In this document: in pieces, positions 19,836 through 29,387 of the stretch
Numbering within the stretch: the stretch's first letter is position 1
Layout: each line of letters opens with the position of its first letter
Assembly: GCA_965217115.1 (NCBI GenBank)
Contig: OZ244239.1
Coordinates: forward strand, 2,014,672-2,078,671
DNA length: 64,000 bases
Direction: 5' to 3'
DNA from: Bdellovibrionales bacterium
GTDB taxonomy: Bacteria > Bdellovibrionota > Bdellovibrionia > Bdellovibrionales > CAYMLA01
Made by a program: the position numbers and the translations under genes
The notes under the pieces: model-generated
Told to the model about the DNA's origin: nothing
The model's database searches: none
What the model saw: only the letters and a program-made list of their open reading frames with translations

Positions 19836-21056
19836 ATGGCACGGTTTGTTTATTTAGCAAAGAATATATCTGGAAAGATGGTTCGAGGCTCCATAGATGC
19901 CATTAATGAGAAAGAAGCACGCGTTCGATTGCGTTCTCAAAGTTTAATTCCCCAGAAAATAGCTAAATCTACGAGGGAAAAAAAGGCTCAATCAGGTAGT
20001 AGTCTTTTTGGTCCACCTCCTGTGAAGAGTAAGGATCTACAGATCTTTTTTAGACAATTTTCAACGATGATAGAATCGGGTATAACTGTGGTGGAGTCTT
20101 TGGTTATTTTAGGAGAAGGCGCGAAGAAGGGAACTTTAAAGACCACGATTATTCAAGTAGGGCGCTCTATCGAAACAGGAAGAACTTTGGGGGAGGCTAT
20201 GGCTATGCACCCCAGGGTTTTTGATCGTCTTAGTGTGAATATGATAAATGCAGGGGAGGATGCCGGTGCTCTGGATAAAATTCTTAATAAAATTTGTGAG
20301 TATATTGATAAATCAGAAGGCATAAAGAGAAAGGTTAAGGGGGCTTTGGCCTATCCAGTGATTGTTGTTCTAGTGGCGATTCTTGTGATTGCGTTGCTTT
20401 TGGTATGGGTTGTGCCTAAATTTATGGAAATGTTTGCTTCATCAGGTCAAGAGGCACCTTGGTTAACAGCAATGGTGGTGGATTTGAGTAATAGTTTAAC
20501 TAATCAATGGTACTATTTTGTGGGTGTGATTGTAGGGGTGGTGTTTTTTTCAAAAACCTATTTTAAAACTAAGAAGGGGGCTTTTAATCGAGATAAGCTT
20601 TTGCTTAATCTGCCCCTTTTTGGAAGTTTAGTGAAAAAATCCAGTGTGGCGAGAATGTCGCGAACGTTAGCGACACTACTCTCTTCGGGGGTGAGTGTTT
20701 TAGATGGTTTGACCATGGCTGCCAAAACCTGTGGCAATGCGGTTATAGAACAGTCATTAGAGAAGGCAAAGGCATCGATTTCTACGGGTAAAACGATTTC
20801 GGGACCTCTGTCTGAGGACAAAGTCATTCCAAACATGGTCGTGCAAATGATAGCGGTGGGTGAGGAGTCGGGAACGATGGATGTGATGTTGGGTAAGGTG
20901 GCTGATTTTTATGAGGATGAAGTGGATATGGCGGTTGAGACCTTGGGAAGCTTAATTGAACCTATTATAATGGTTGTTCTGGGTGGAGTTGTTGGTGTGA
21001 TTGTGGTGGCGATGTATCTTCCTATTTTTCAAATGGCAAATGTGATAGGAGGTTAA
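19836..21056 (+). CDS. pilC: Type IV pilus inner-membrane platform protein
   Basis: Two GspF domains, GE..G.LD, MIAVGEESG, LIEP, AMYLPIF. Confidence 0.96.
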   Translation: MARFVYLAKNISGKMVRGSIDAINEKEARVRLRSQSLIPQKIAKSTREKKAQSGSSLFGPPPVKSKDLQIFFRQFSTMIESGITVVESLVILGEGAKKGTLKTTIIQVGRSIETGRTLGEAMAMHPRVFDRLSVNMINAGEDAGALDKILNKICEYIDKSEGIKRKVKGALAYPVIVVLVAILVIALLLVWVVPKFMEMFASSGQEAPWLTAMVVDLSNSLTNQWYYFVGVIVGVVFFSKTYFKTKKGAFNRDKLLLNLPLFGSLVKKSSVARMSRTLATLLSSGVSVLDGLTMAAKTCGNAVIEQSLEKAKASISTGKTISGPLSEDKVIPNMVVQMIAVGEESGTMDVMLGKVADFYEDEVDMAVETLGSLIEPIIMVVLGGVVGVIVVAMYLPIFQMANVIGG

Positions 21057-21060
21057 AAAC

Positions 21061-22728
21061 TTGTTTGATCGTCGTGCTCCTAAAGTATACAGGATAGGGG
21101 GAGAACTAGATAGTTCTCAGATGTTTATTGTGCAAGCTGTTCGCATAGGGTTTCTCTGTGCGATTTTAATAGTGACTTTAATTTCCCAATCTCTACAGTC
21201 ACGTTTTATTAATCTATGGACGATTTTACCTATTTACGGCGTTCTATTCTTTTCATTTTCTATTAATTTAGGTTATGTTTTAAATTTTAAAAAATGTGAA
21301 AAGATTCTTTGGCTTCCAGGGTTGTTATTTGCCCTGGAACTTCTATCGGTGAGTTATCTGGTTTTTCAATCAGGCGTGGGTCAGTCGATATTTCTCTTTA
21401 TGTATCTTGTTAATATTATTCTGTGTGGGTTTATTTATCAGCAAAAGGGTTCTTTTTTATTGGCGAGCGGATCATCTTTGCTATTTGCTCTTGTCTTGGT
21501 GATTGGCCCACAAATGAGTGAGCAAACGCTATTTTACACTTGGGCTTTAAATAACACGGCCTTTTTATCTGTGGCTTGGCTGAGTGGTTATTTAAGTGAG
21601 CAGTTGAGTTCTATGGGTGGTGAGTTAAAAGAAAAAGGCAAGAATTTATCTGCGTTAAAGAATATCAATCGCCTGGTGGTTGAGAATATTCCATCAGGTT
21701 TATTAACCGTTGATATGGATGGGCAAATATTGCAAGTGAATCGAGCGGCCCATAAAATCTTGCAGGTGGATCACTTGGGAGGTAAAAACCTATTTGATAT
21801 TTTTAATGGTATTCGAGAATTGTTGGATGGATTATTAGTATCTGAAGCCTCAGATAAGAGAGAGACTGTTCGCTTTGATTTTAATTATTTGAATGAGATG
21901 GGAGAGAAATCAATTCTATCATTTTCTGGAGCTTATTTTGAGAACCCAGAGAGAAGCATGGTGGGAATTATTTTAATCTTTGAAGATCAGACGAGATTAA
22001 AACACTTGGAATATGCTATGCGGCAATCTGAGAAATTAGCGGCCGTGGGGCAATTAGCTGCGGGAATGGCCCATGAGATTCGCAATCCTCTGGCGAGTAT
22101 GAGTGGAAGTATCCAAATGTTGAATATGGACGCTAAAAGTGAAGATGAAAAACGCCTGATGGGAATTGTTTTAAAAGAGACAGATCGTTTAAATAATTTG
22201 ATCACAGAATTTTTGGATTATGCCCGCCCTGATCAACCGGTGAATGATCCTGTTGAGTTAAATTCTCTGATGAAAGAGGTCTGGGATTTGAGTTGCTTGA
22301 ATTTAAAAGAGCGTTCAGATATTAAGATTGAAATGATTTTAGATGGTGAGGGTGAGATACTGAGTCATCGGGACAAATTGAAGCAGGGGCTTCTCAATAT
22401 CGTGATGAATGCCTGTCAGGCAATGCGTGAGGTAAAGAGACCTCTCCTGCGAATTCACACTTGTAACCGTGGTGACAAGTTACAGCTGTCTATTAAGGAC
22501 AACGGTTGTGGGATGTCAGATATAATGAAGAAGCGTATGTTTGAGCCTTTTCACACAACCAAGCATGGTGGGACAGGTCTGGGTTTAGCGGTAACCCATA
22601 AGATTTTAGAGAACCATGGGGCCTATGTGTCCGTTGAGTCTGCTGAGGGAATTGGAACGGAGTTTCTTTTAGAGTTTCCCCTTTATGGAAGTAATGTGAT
22701 CGCTCTTAATCCGAATTTGGGCAAATAA
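21061..22728 (+). CDS. pilS: PilS-type sensor histidine kinase
   Basis: Six TM segments, PAS, AHEIRNPL, EPFHTTK..GTGLGL; upstream of pilR. Confidence 0.9.
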   Translation: MFDRRAPKVYRIGGELDSSQMFIVQAVRIGFLCAILIVTLISQSLQSRFINLWTILPIYGVLFFSFSINLGYVLNFKKCEKILWLPGLLFALELLSVSYLVFQSGVGQSIFLFMYLVNIILCGFIYQQKGSFLLASGSSLLFALVLVIGPQMSEQTLFYTWALNNTAFLSVAWLSGYLSEQLSSMGGELKEKGKNLSALKNINRLVVENIPSGLLTVDMDGQILQVNRAAHKILQVDHLGGKNLFDIFNGIRELLDGLLVSEASDKRETVRFDFNYLNEMGEKSILSFSGAYFENPERSMVGIILIFEDQTRLKHLEYAMRQSEKLAAVGQLAAGMAHEIRNPLASMSGSIQMLNMDAKSEDEKRLMGIVLKETDRLNNLITEFLDYARPDQPVNDPVELNSLMKEVWDLSCLNLKERSDIKIEMILDGEGEILSHRDKLKQGLLNIVMNACQAMREVKRPLLRIHTCNRGDKLQLSIKDNGCGMSDIMKKRMFEPFHTTKHGGTGLGLAVTHKILENHGAYVSVESAEGIGTEFLLEFPLYGSNVIALNPNLGK

Positions 22729-22907
22729 ATAATAAGCCGTTTTTAAAACTCTTATCTTACTCGGAGCAGCAGTGTCCTGATTATAAGGCATTTACTAGCC
22801 CTATTGATGGGTATTTGTAAGGGGTTGCAAAAATTGTCACTCTGGGTAAGAATGGGACGGGTGGGAATAGAATTAACGTTTCGGTTGGTTTTTGGAAGGA
22901 GCTTTAC

Positions 22908-24311
22908 ATGAAGCCGCGTATTTTGGTTGTTGATGATGAAGAGTCAATAAGAGAGTTTTTGAATATTATGCTTAAAAAAGAAGGCTATGATGTGACCTGC
23001 GTTGAAGATGGTCAGATTGCGATAAATATTCTTCAGAAAAGAAATTTTGATATGATTATTTCTGATTTACAGATGCCAAATGTAACGGGAATGGAGTTGT
23101 TGAAGCATGTGAAGGAAGGGTATCCAGAAATCGTGTTCATGATGATCACGGCTTTTGGTACGGCGGACACAGCGGTTGAGGCAATGAAGATGGGGGCCTA
23201 TGATTATTTGTCTAAGCCTTTTAAGATTGATGAGGTGAGAATTAATATCTCCAATGCTCTGCGTGGTCAGAGCTTGGAAGTTGAAAATAAGATATTAAAA
23301 AGAGAGTTAGTCCGTGAGTACAGCTTTCAGAGTCTTGTGGGCAATTCCGATGTTATGCATCAGGTCTTTGATTTGATTAAGAGAGTTTCCCAGGCGCCAA
23401 CGAATGTTTTGATCACTGGAGAGAGTGGGACAGGTAAGGAGATGATTGCCAAGGGGATTCATTACAATGGTCCACTAAAAGATGAGAGTTTTATAACGGT
23501 GAACTGTGGCGCGATTCCGGAGTCTCTGATGGAGTCCGAAATGTTTGGTCATAAGAAGGGATCGTTTACGGGCGCTGTTAATGATAAAATGGGTTTATTT
23601 GAAGCGGCAGATGGCGGAACTTTGTTCATGGATGAGGTGGGTGAATTGCCACTATCTATTCAGGTTAAATTATTGAGAGCTTTGCAGGAGAGGGTGATTC
23701 GCCGTGTGGGTTCGGTTGAGAATCAGAGAGTGAATGTGAGAATCATTGCCGCGACAAACCGTGATTTAGAGGCAATGGTCACTGAGGGGACGTTTAGGCA
23801 AGATCTCTATTATCGATTAAACGTGATTAATATTTTAAGTCCTCCATTGCGGGATAGGAAGGAGGACATTCCCCTTCTAGTGCAGCATTTCCTTAAGAAG
23901 CACAGTGAAAAATTAGGCAAAGCCATTGCAAGTATTAGCGAGGACGCTACGGAGATTCTCTGTGGTTATGATTATCCGGGGAATGTGCGTGAGTTGGAAA
24001 ATATCATTGAGAGAACCATGGCTTTAGAAGGGGGAGCCATGATTCTTCCGGAGAGTTTACCCCCGTTTGTGAACACTCCTTCTGGAAGAAAAATGGCTTC
24101 GAGCCGTGATATTGAAGTGACATCAGAGGGCGTGGATTTAGATAAGATCATTGGTCAAATTGAGAAAGAACTCTTGGTAAAGGGGATTCATACGGCTAAT
24201 GGCGTGAAAAAAAAGGCGGCAAAGCTTCTGGGGATCAGTTTTCGCTCGATGCGTTATCGTATTGAGAAATACGGTTTGGGAGGATCAGGTGAGGATGAAC
24301 TGGAGGATTAA
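22908..24311 (+). CDS. pilR: PilR-type sigma54-dependent response regulator
   Basis: REC, GESGTGKE, GSFTGA, C-terminal LGISFRSMRYR HTH typical of PilR. Confidence 0.92.
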   Translation: MKPRILVVDDEESIREFLNIMLKKEGYDVTCVEDGQIAINILQKRNFDMIISDLQMPNVTGMELLKHVKEGYPEIVFMMITAFGTADTAVEAMKMGAYDYLSKPFKIDEVRINISNALRGQSLEVENKILKRELVREYSFQSLVGNSDVMHQVFDLIKRVSQAPTNVLITGESGTGKEMIAKGIHYNGPLKDESFITVNCGAIPESLMESEMFGHKKGSFTGAVNDKMGLFEAADGGTLFMDEVGELPLSIQVKLLRALQERVIRRVGSVENQRVNVRIIAATNRDLEAMVTEGTFRQDLYYRLNVINILSPPLRDRKEDIPLLVQHFLKKHSEKLGKAIASISEDATEILCGYDYPGNVRELENIIERTMALEGGAMILPESLPPFVNTPSGRKMASSRDIEVTSEGVDLDKIIGQIEKELLVKGIHTANGVKKKAAKLLGISFRSMRYRIEKYGLGGSGEDELED

Positions 24312-24434
24312 TTTCTTTCTGAGGACTTTTATGGGTTTCATTGAAAACCCGATTTGGCGATATCCGAGATAAGTATCTAGGATCGTTTTGGAGTGACAGC
24401 TTAGCCCGTTGTTTTTTTTGCAAGACGTCCTTTT

Positions 24435-25142
24435 GTGAAGACGATCGTTACTAAATTTCACATTCTATGTTCACCCTTCATCCTTGGAGTAAGGCGAATC
24501 CTGCGCAGCTGTGCCCTGTGCAATCGTTGGTGGGGAGGTGTTTCCTATCTGTGCCGCCGTTGTGAGGGGAGGGTGAAAGACAGGGCCCAGTCTTATTTAG
24601 GGTATAGCCAGGAGTTGGGTTTTCCCCATTATTACGCCCTTGCTTGGAGGAGCGGGAATGATTGGTGGTTGCGCCCATTTATTTATGGCTTGAAGGGGGG
24701 TGGCCCTCGGGAGGTTTTTGAACAGGTCGCCCGTTTCATTGTTTTAAAAAGATTGGGTGGGAGACTGCCCCAGAGAGTGAGAATAATCCATGTTCCTGGT
24801 CACCAAGAGGCGGACCACAGTTTCTGTCTCTCTAGGGAGGTTGCAAAAATTTTAGGAGTGGAGGTTGAGAGCTGTTTGTTACCAAGTCAGAGTTCCCCCC
24901 AAGGTCTTCAGCAAAAGAGCAAAAAAATCTCTGAGAGACAGAAAGTGATGTTTCACAAAAAACCTGGTTACAAAACAGACCATGGAGAGAGTGTCATTCT
25001 TATTGATGATGTTGTAACGACCGGAGCAACGGCCAAGGCCGTGTTTAAGGCCTTGGGAGCCCCCCCTGGCTTTGAAGTCTGGAGCCTCGTAAAGAGAATG
25101 AAAAAAGACATCCCACAGCCCAGGCGGGGAGTGTCTTTTTAA
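24435..25142 (+). CDS. comF: ComF family protein (Zn finger + phosphoribosyltransferase fold)
   Basis: CALC...LCRRC, LIDDVVTTGAT PRPP-binding motif; start uncertain. Confidence 0.85.
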   Translation: MKTIVTKFHILCSPFILGVRRILRSCALCNRWWGGVSYLCRRCEGRVKDRAQSYLGYSQELGFPHYYALAWRSGNDWWLRPFIYGLKGGGPREVFEQVARFIVLKRLGGRLPQRVRIIHVPGHQEADHSFCLSREVAKILGVEVESCLLPSQSSPQGLQQKSKKISERQKVMFHKKPGYKTDHGESVILIDDVVTTGATAKAVFKALGAPPGFEVWSLVKRMKKDIPQPRRGVSF

Positions 25143-26167
25143 AACCCCTTCAAACAAGAAACTAAACCGACTCTAAAACTAGAGAGTCTAAAGTCCTCAC
25201 TGCTGAGGCCTATATCTAAAACAGCTGTGAGAGATGCTAAAATTGAAATTTCATCATCAAATCCAAGTTGCTTTTTAGACTTAAACTTAAAAACCTCTTT
25301 AGAGAGATTAAATCTGTAGGCGACGATTTCATTTTCACTGCCGATCACTCCTCCTATGGTCATAACTTGAGATTCAAGATTTTTATTTTTAGAAAAATAA
25401 AATGTTTTCCCTTTTCTGATGGAACTGTTGTCTGCAAGCTTAACAGAATTTTTGTCATCTGCATTAAAAACTGTGGACATGTGAGGACCAGCGTCACTAT
25501 AGAGATTTAAATATAATTTTTCAGTTTCAAGAGTAGAGTCACTAATATCTTTAATAACGACCACATCAGGATTGATCTTTGAAACTTCTTCGGAATGTAA
25601 ATTGAATTCAGGTAACACAAGAATATATGGTTTTAATTCCGGTAAAACCATTCCTTCATGCCATTTAAGGATACTAATTTGTCTCTCCCCTTTAGAGAGA
25701 CAGCTGCTTATAAGGTTCGCCGTTTTCTCTAAATCCTTAAGACCTGTTACAACAAAGGACACGTTACCAAAATGACTCATTATGTACCTCCTATCGGTTG
25801 AATTTAAGGGGTTATCTTTTTTCTTAAGAGAGGACAGAGTCTTCTCAATTTGATCTCTCTGGCGAGACAAATCATTTTGAAGTGTGAGAACTTGGTTTAG
25901 TCTTCGAGTTAAAAAAAACTCTAGCTCTTCAGAGTCTATGGATGCGTTCGCCTGTGTCAGATTTTTAATCTCATCTAAGCTAAAACCCAGCATTTTAAGG
26001 GTTTGAATTTTTTGGGCTAATTCTATTTGTGATTCTTGGTAGTAGCGATAGTTGTTCTCCCCTTTAAAATGAGAGATCAACAGTCCCTTCTTCTCATAAA
26101 TTCTGAGCGCCCTGGGTGAGATGTTTGTGATTTTTGAAAACTGTCCTATGCGCAACCAATCGTTCAT
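25139..26167 (-). CDS. MerR family transcriptional regulator with C-terminal Mur-ligase-like domain
   Basis: IGQFSK..ISPRALRIYEKKGL, NNYRYY, LGFSLDEI; C-terminal VVTG...PDVVVI...VFNADD resembles the Mur ligase middle domain. Confidence 0.88.
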   Translation of the reverse strand: MNDWLRIGQFSKITNISPRALRIYEKKGLLISHFKGENNYRYYQESQIELAQKIQTLKMLGFSLDEIKNLTQANASIDSEELEFFLTRRLNQVLTLQNDLSRQRDQIEKTLSSLKKKDNPLNSTDRRYIMSHFGNVSFVVTGLKDLEKTANLISSCLSKGERQISILKWHEGMVLPELKPYILVLPEFNLHSEEVSKINPDVVVIKDISDSTLETEKLYLNLYSDAGPHMSTVFNADDKNSVKLADNSSIRKGKTFYFSKNKNLESQVMTIGGVIGSENEIVAYRFNLSKEVFKFKSKKQLGFDDEISILASLTAVLDIGLSSEDFRLSSFRVGLVSCLKGF

Positions 26168-26183
26168 TTCAACCTCAACTCTA

Positions 26184-26214
26184 ATGCTAAAGGTTAACCC
26201 TAGGTCAAGGTCAA
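26184..26214 (-). promoter_or_regulatory. MerR-type promoter/operator
   Basis: Minus strand TTGACC-19 bp-TAGCAT; the spacer holds the dyad TTGACC-TAG-GGTTAA. A 19-bp spacer is the MerR hallmark. Confidence 0.8.
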
Positions 26215-26270
26215 GAGACTTATTTTAATAGAAAACCAATATGACATGTGAAAGAAGATTAAATAGAAAT

Positions 26271-26795
26271 CTATTGGTTTAGTTCTTCAACAACTTTTTT
26301 AAGAGCCTTGTTCATAGATTCAAGCATAGGCTTAACACCTGTTTCAAGGTGTCCTTTCATCATAGGGACCATTAACCCTTTAAAGGTTTCCTTGTGAGTT
26401 AGTTTAGTGCCAGAGCCAGATTCTTCAAGAATAAAAATTTTTTCATTAGTAAAAACGAGGTCTGCAACCATGTTGGCTTTCCATCTAAAGTACCTTGGGG
26501 CATCAACCTCTTTAACCACGGGGCTATACTTGGGACCATCTTTTCTACCCTTACCTTCTTTACTAACCATTATAATGTCTAACTTTGACCCAAGAGATGG
26601 GCTACCACTAATCTTATTCATAGTTGGATTCCAGTCATTCCATTTTGGGATGTCCATAAGGACACTCCAAACTTTTTCTGGAGTAGCACTTATTTCAATT
26701 TGAGTTTCAACTGTATTCATAGCTTTTCCTTCAACATATAGATATATGAAGCCTGAGATGAGAAGAATGGATAATACTATAATGGCCTTTTTCAT
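26271..26795 (-). CDS. SRPBCC/polyketide cyclase-like (START) domain protein
   Basis: VETQIEISATPEKVWSVLMD..W..WNP, T.LTH.E.F.G, M..ALKK..E. Confidence 0.88.
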   Translation of the reverse strand: MKKAIIVLSILLISGFIYLYVEGKAMNTVETQIEISATPEKVWSVLMDIPKWNDWNPTMNKISGSPSLGSKLDIIMVSKEGKGRKDGPKYSPVVKEVDAPRYFRWKANMVADLVFTNEKIFILEESGSGTKLTHKETFKGLMVPMMKGHLETGVKPMLESMNKALKKVVEELNQ

Positions 26796-27199
26796 AGTTC
26801 CTTTTAAATAATTCAATAATCATATCACTGTATCTAGAAGTGGACAAACCACTCTTCATGTAGGCCCAAAGATTAGCTCAATATATTGAAAATAGCGGCC
26901 CCCCTTGAGGACGCACGACAAATCAGGGTCGGCAAGACCGTTTAGGAATTCAACTTACGAAACGTTAAACAAAACAGTCAGTTATGAAGTTACCTGAGCA
27001 TCACTCACTGGAGTGACAAAAGAGAGCTGGAATTTTATTTTTTGAGGTTCTTTGTGATAAATAGTGGAACATAGTAATTCTAGCTACTTACCCTAAAGAT
27101 CGTTTTAAATAGCAAGCCATTTTAAAACTCTGATTTTTGTGATTTTTAATTCGTCCTGCATTATCTCCTACCCTTGTCGGCCAAGGAGAGTTCACTGCA

Positions 27200-27748
27200 C
27201 TAGTGATTGTGCAAGTACTTTTTAGCGAGCTCCACCCATTTACCGTGATGATGCTTTTTCAAAACATCAATGCACTTTGATATTTGGTTTCGTGGGTGAT
27301 GAAGGGACTCATTTAAATATTTTAAGGCCAAGTTCTGTCTCTTCTTTGATTTTAGCTTTTCTAAGGACTTAACAAAATAGCCTGGTTTTCTTAAACAAAG
27401 CTTCAACCAAGCATCTTGAAGATAGCTGGGAGCATCAGCATCGTACTTTATACTTGAGGCTAAACCAGCAAGGATTTCTCCTACCCTTAAAGGGTGAGAG
27501 GTTATCAATCTGTCGATATGGGGATAGAATAACTTGTTACAGTCATAGAGTTCATCAAACTTCGGGGAGTGGCATATTTTGATGAATTCTTTTTTGGTAT
27601 CAGGAAAAGTTGATAAAAAAGTGATATCTCCTTTTCCTGGCATTTCTTTTAAAGCTTCAAGAAGCATTCGGGATTGAACAGATAGTTTTTTCCCTTCTGA
27701 GGCATAAACGAAAAAAGGGACTAAAAATAGAATCAATATCCACTTCAC
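27200..27748 (-). CDS. Hypothetical secreted protein
   Basis: AGGAG RBS, GTG start, signal peptide ending VYA, 182 aa. Confidence 0.75.
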   Translation of the reverse strand: MKWILILFLVPFFVYASEGKKLSVQSRMLLEALKEMPGKGDITFLSTFPDTKKEFIKICHSPKFDELYDCNKLFYPHIDRLITSHPLRVGEILAGLASSIKYDADAPSYLQDAWLKLCLRKPGYFVKSLEKLKSKKRQNLALKYLNESLHHPRNQISKCIDVLKKHHHGKWVELAKKYLHNH

Positions 27749-27942
27749 AAATACACGTTCTCCTAAATAATGGTTTTATTACAAACGTCTCTCATAATTT
27801 CTTTTCTTTGAGGTCAGTAATAGCAAAACTTGAGATGACTAGCTAATCAGTTTTTTAAAAAGCAGTTTTTCCCAGTTCTTCGAGCCTTTTCTCGAAACCA
27901 ATACACATTTTTTAAAGAAAGGTGTTCGTAAAGCTTGAAAAA

Positions 27943-28018
27943 TGGCTCAGGCGGAGGGATTCGAACCCCCGACAAGGTGATTAACAGTCACCTGCTCTAC
28001 CAGCTGAGCTACGCCTGA
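27943..28018 (-). tRNA. tRNA-Asn(GTT)
   Basis: TCAGGCG acceptor, D-arm AGCTCAGCTGGTAGAGC, anticodon arm GGTGA-CTGTTAA-TCACC, GGTTCGAATCC, encoded CCA. Confidence 0.98.
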
Positions 28019-28046
28019 ACAACAAGGTGACCAAGGTAGCGAGATC

Positions 28047-28502
28047 TTATGGAGAAGTCAACTCAACAGATAGTATTTGATTCAATTCCTGGGAGTGAAA
28101 GCGGAGGCCCTTCCAGGAGTAGGTGTGATGCCGATGGATTGTTTGAACGTTGAGGTATTCCTGTTTGCCGCTCTCTTTAAAAATAACCAAAAGGGGGTGG
28201 GTGTTTAGGGGTGTTTTATCTCCCCGCAGCTGGTCTTTTCGGGGGATGATTTGAACTGCACAGAAGAGCTCTTTTTTTAGGACGGTCCCCTTGAGTGTTT
28301 GTATTTTTTTGACTTTATGGCAGAGGTTTAATGTGATCTGTGAATCTGTTGCCACGGGAATTCCTGAGAGAATGGAGAGGAACTCATTTTTTTGAAAATC
28401 AAAATCCTTGATAGAAATCATTATTGAAACAGTTAATAAAAAACTGCAGAGGAGAAGAACCACCTTAATCTTAGTCCACCTGGGATTGATCTTTTTCCCC
28501 AT
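28047..28502 (-). CDS. Hypothetical membrane-anchored protein
   Basis: Likely start MGKKINPRW, one TM helix, basic C-terminal domain. Confidence 0.6.
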   Translation of the reverse strand: MGKKINPRWTKIKVVLLLCSFLLTVSIMISIKDFDFQKNEFLSILSGIPVATDSQITLNLCHKVKKIQTLKGTVLKKELFCAVQIIPRKDQLRGDKTPLNTHPLLVIFKESGKQEYLNVQTIHRHHTYSWKGLRFHSQELNQILSVELTSP

Positions 28503-28563
28503 GGTCCTATTCCTCCATAGACAAGAAGAGATGACCGTTGTGATTGTAAAACTTGGTGGAATG

Positions 28564-28610
28564 AGCGTAACACCAAGCGTAACATCCAACGTAACACCAA
28601 ACGAACACCC
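28564..28610 (+). repeat. ~12-bp direct repeats (RCGTAACAYCAA-like, 4 copies)
   Basis: agcgtaacacca agcgtaacatcc aacgtaacacca aacgaacacc. Confidence 0.8.
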
Positions 28611-28707
28611 CTATCTTACTTTTTATTGATCTAAAATTCGATGGAATACTTTGATTTTAGAGACTCTGCCCAGACAAAGGACTAGCATCAGAATAAGAAG
28701 TAAGACC

Positions 28708-28748
28708 AGGAGTAGGAATAGGAGTAGGAATAGGAGTAGGAATAGGGT
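28708..28748 (+). repeat. 12-bp tandem repeat (AGGAGTAGGAAT)x3 in a 5' UTR
   Basis: Three exact copies ending about 17 bp upstream of ATG 28761. Confidence 0.9.
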
Positions 28749-28760
28749 AAAATTTTAACG

Positions 28761-29387
28761 ATGTCTGTTAGAACCTCTTTTTTTTTATTATTGTTTCCTG
28801 TGTTTTCTTTAGCCCAGATACCTCCTGACTCTAAGCCAAGACATGACCTATATAAAAAAATTAAGAAAACCACCAGTGTTTCATTAAAGGAAGCCTACAA
28901 TGCTGTTTTTAATCACGATAAAAGAGCAAGATATGAGCTTGCACGATATGCAAAGCTTAAAGGAACAAAAGGTATTACTAAAGGGTTTCAATTAGAGATA
29001 AAGAATCACAAACAAAAATGTAATAAAGAAAAAAATAACCTGTCCTGCAAGCAACAAGTTACAGACCTAGTTAAACAGCGAGATTTCATAGGTGGCCTGG
29101 ATAAAGAGGTCGGCAAAAATCCGAAGCTGGGCCTATATAGAAGCTTGGTGGTAATGAGCTATGTAATAAGACACGAGATTTTAAAACCCTCTTATAAAAA
29201 GTGGAGTAAAGAGTGCTCAAATCAGAAAAAAATAAATACTTTAAAGTGTAAAAAGCAATTTTTTGAAACGGATATTTTGTATTCCATCGTTAAAGACTTA
29301 ACTCAAGCCTCATATAGTAGTGCCACCAAGACGACTTTGCCCATTAACAAAAGTGAATTAAAAAAGATGGTGGCTAGATATGAATAA
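28761..29387 (+). CDS. Hypothetical secreted basic helical protein
   Basis: Signal peptide ending SLA, two Cys pairs; overlaps the next gene's start. Confidence 0.8.
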   Translation: MSVRTSFFLLLFPVFSLAQIPPDSKPRHDLYKKIKKTTSVSLKEAYNAVFNHDKRARYELARYAKLKGTKGITKGFQLEIKNHKQKCNKEKNNLSCKQQVTDLVKQRDFIGGLDKEVGKNPKLGLYRSLVVMSYVIRHEILKPSYKKWSKECSNQKKINTLKCKKQFFETDILYSIVKDLTQASYSSATKTTLPINKSELKKMVARYE

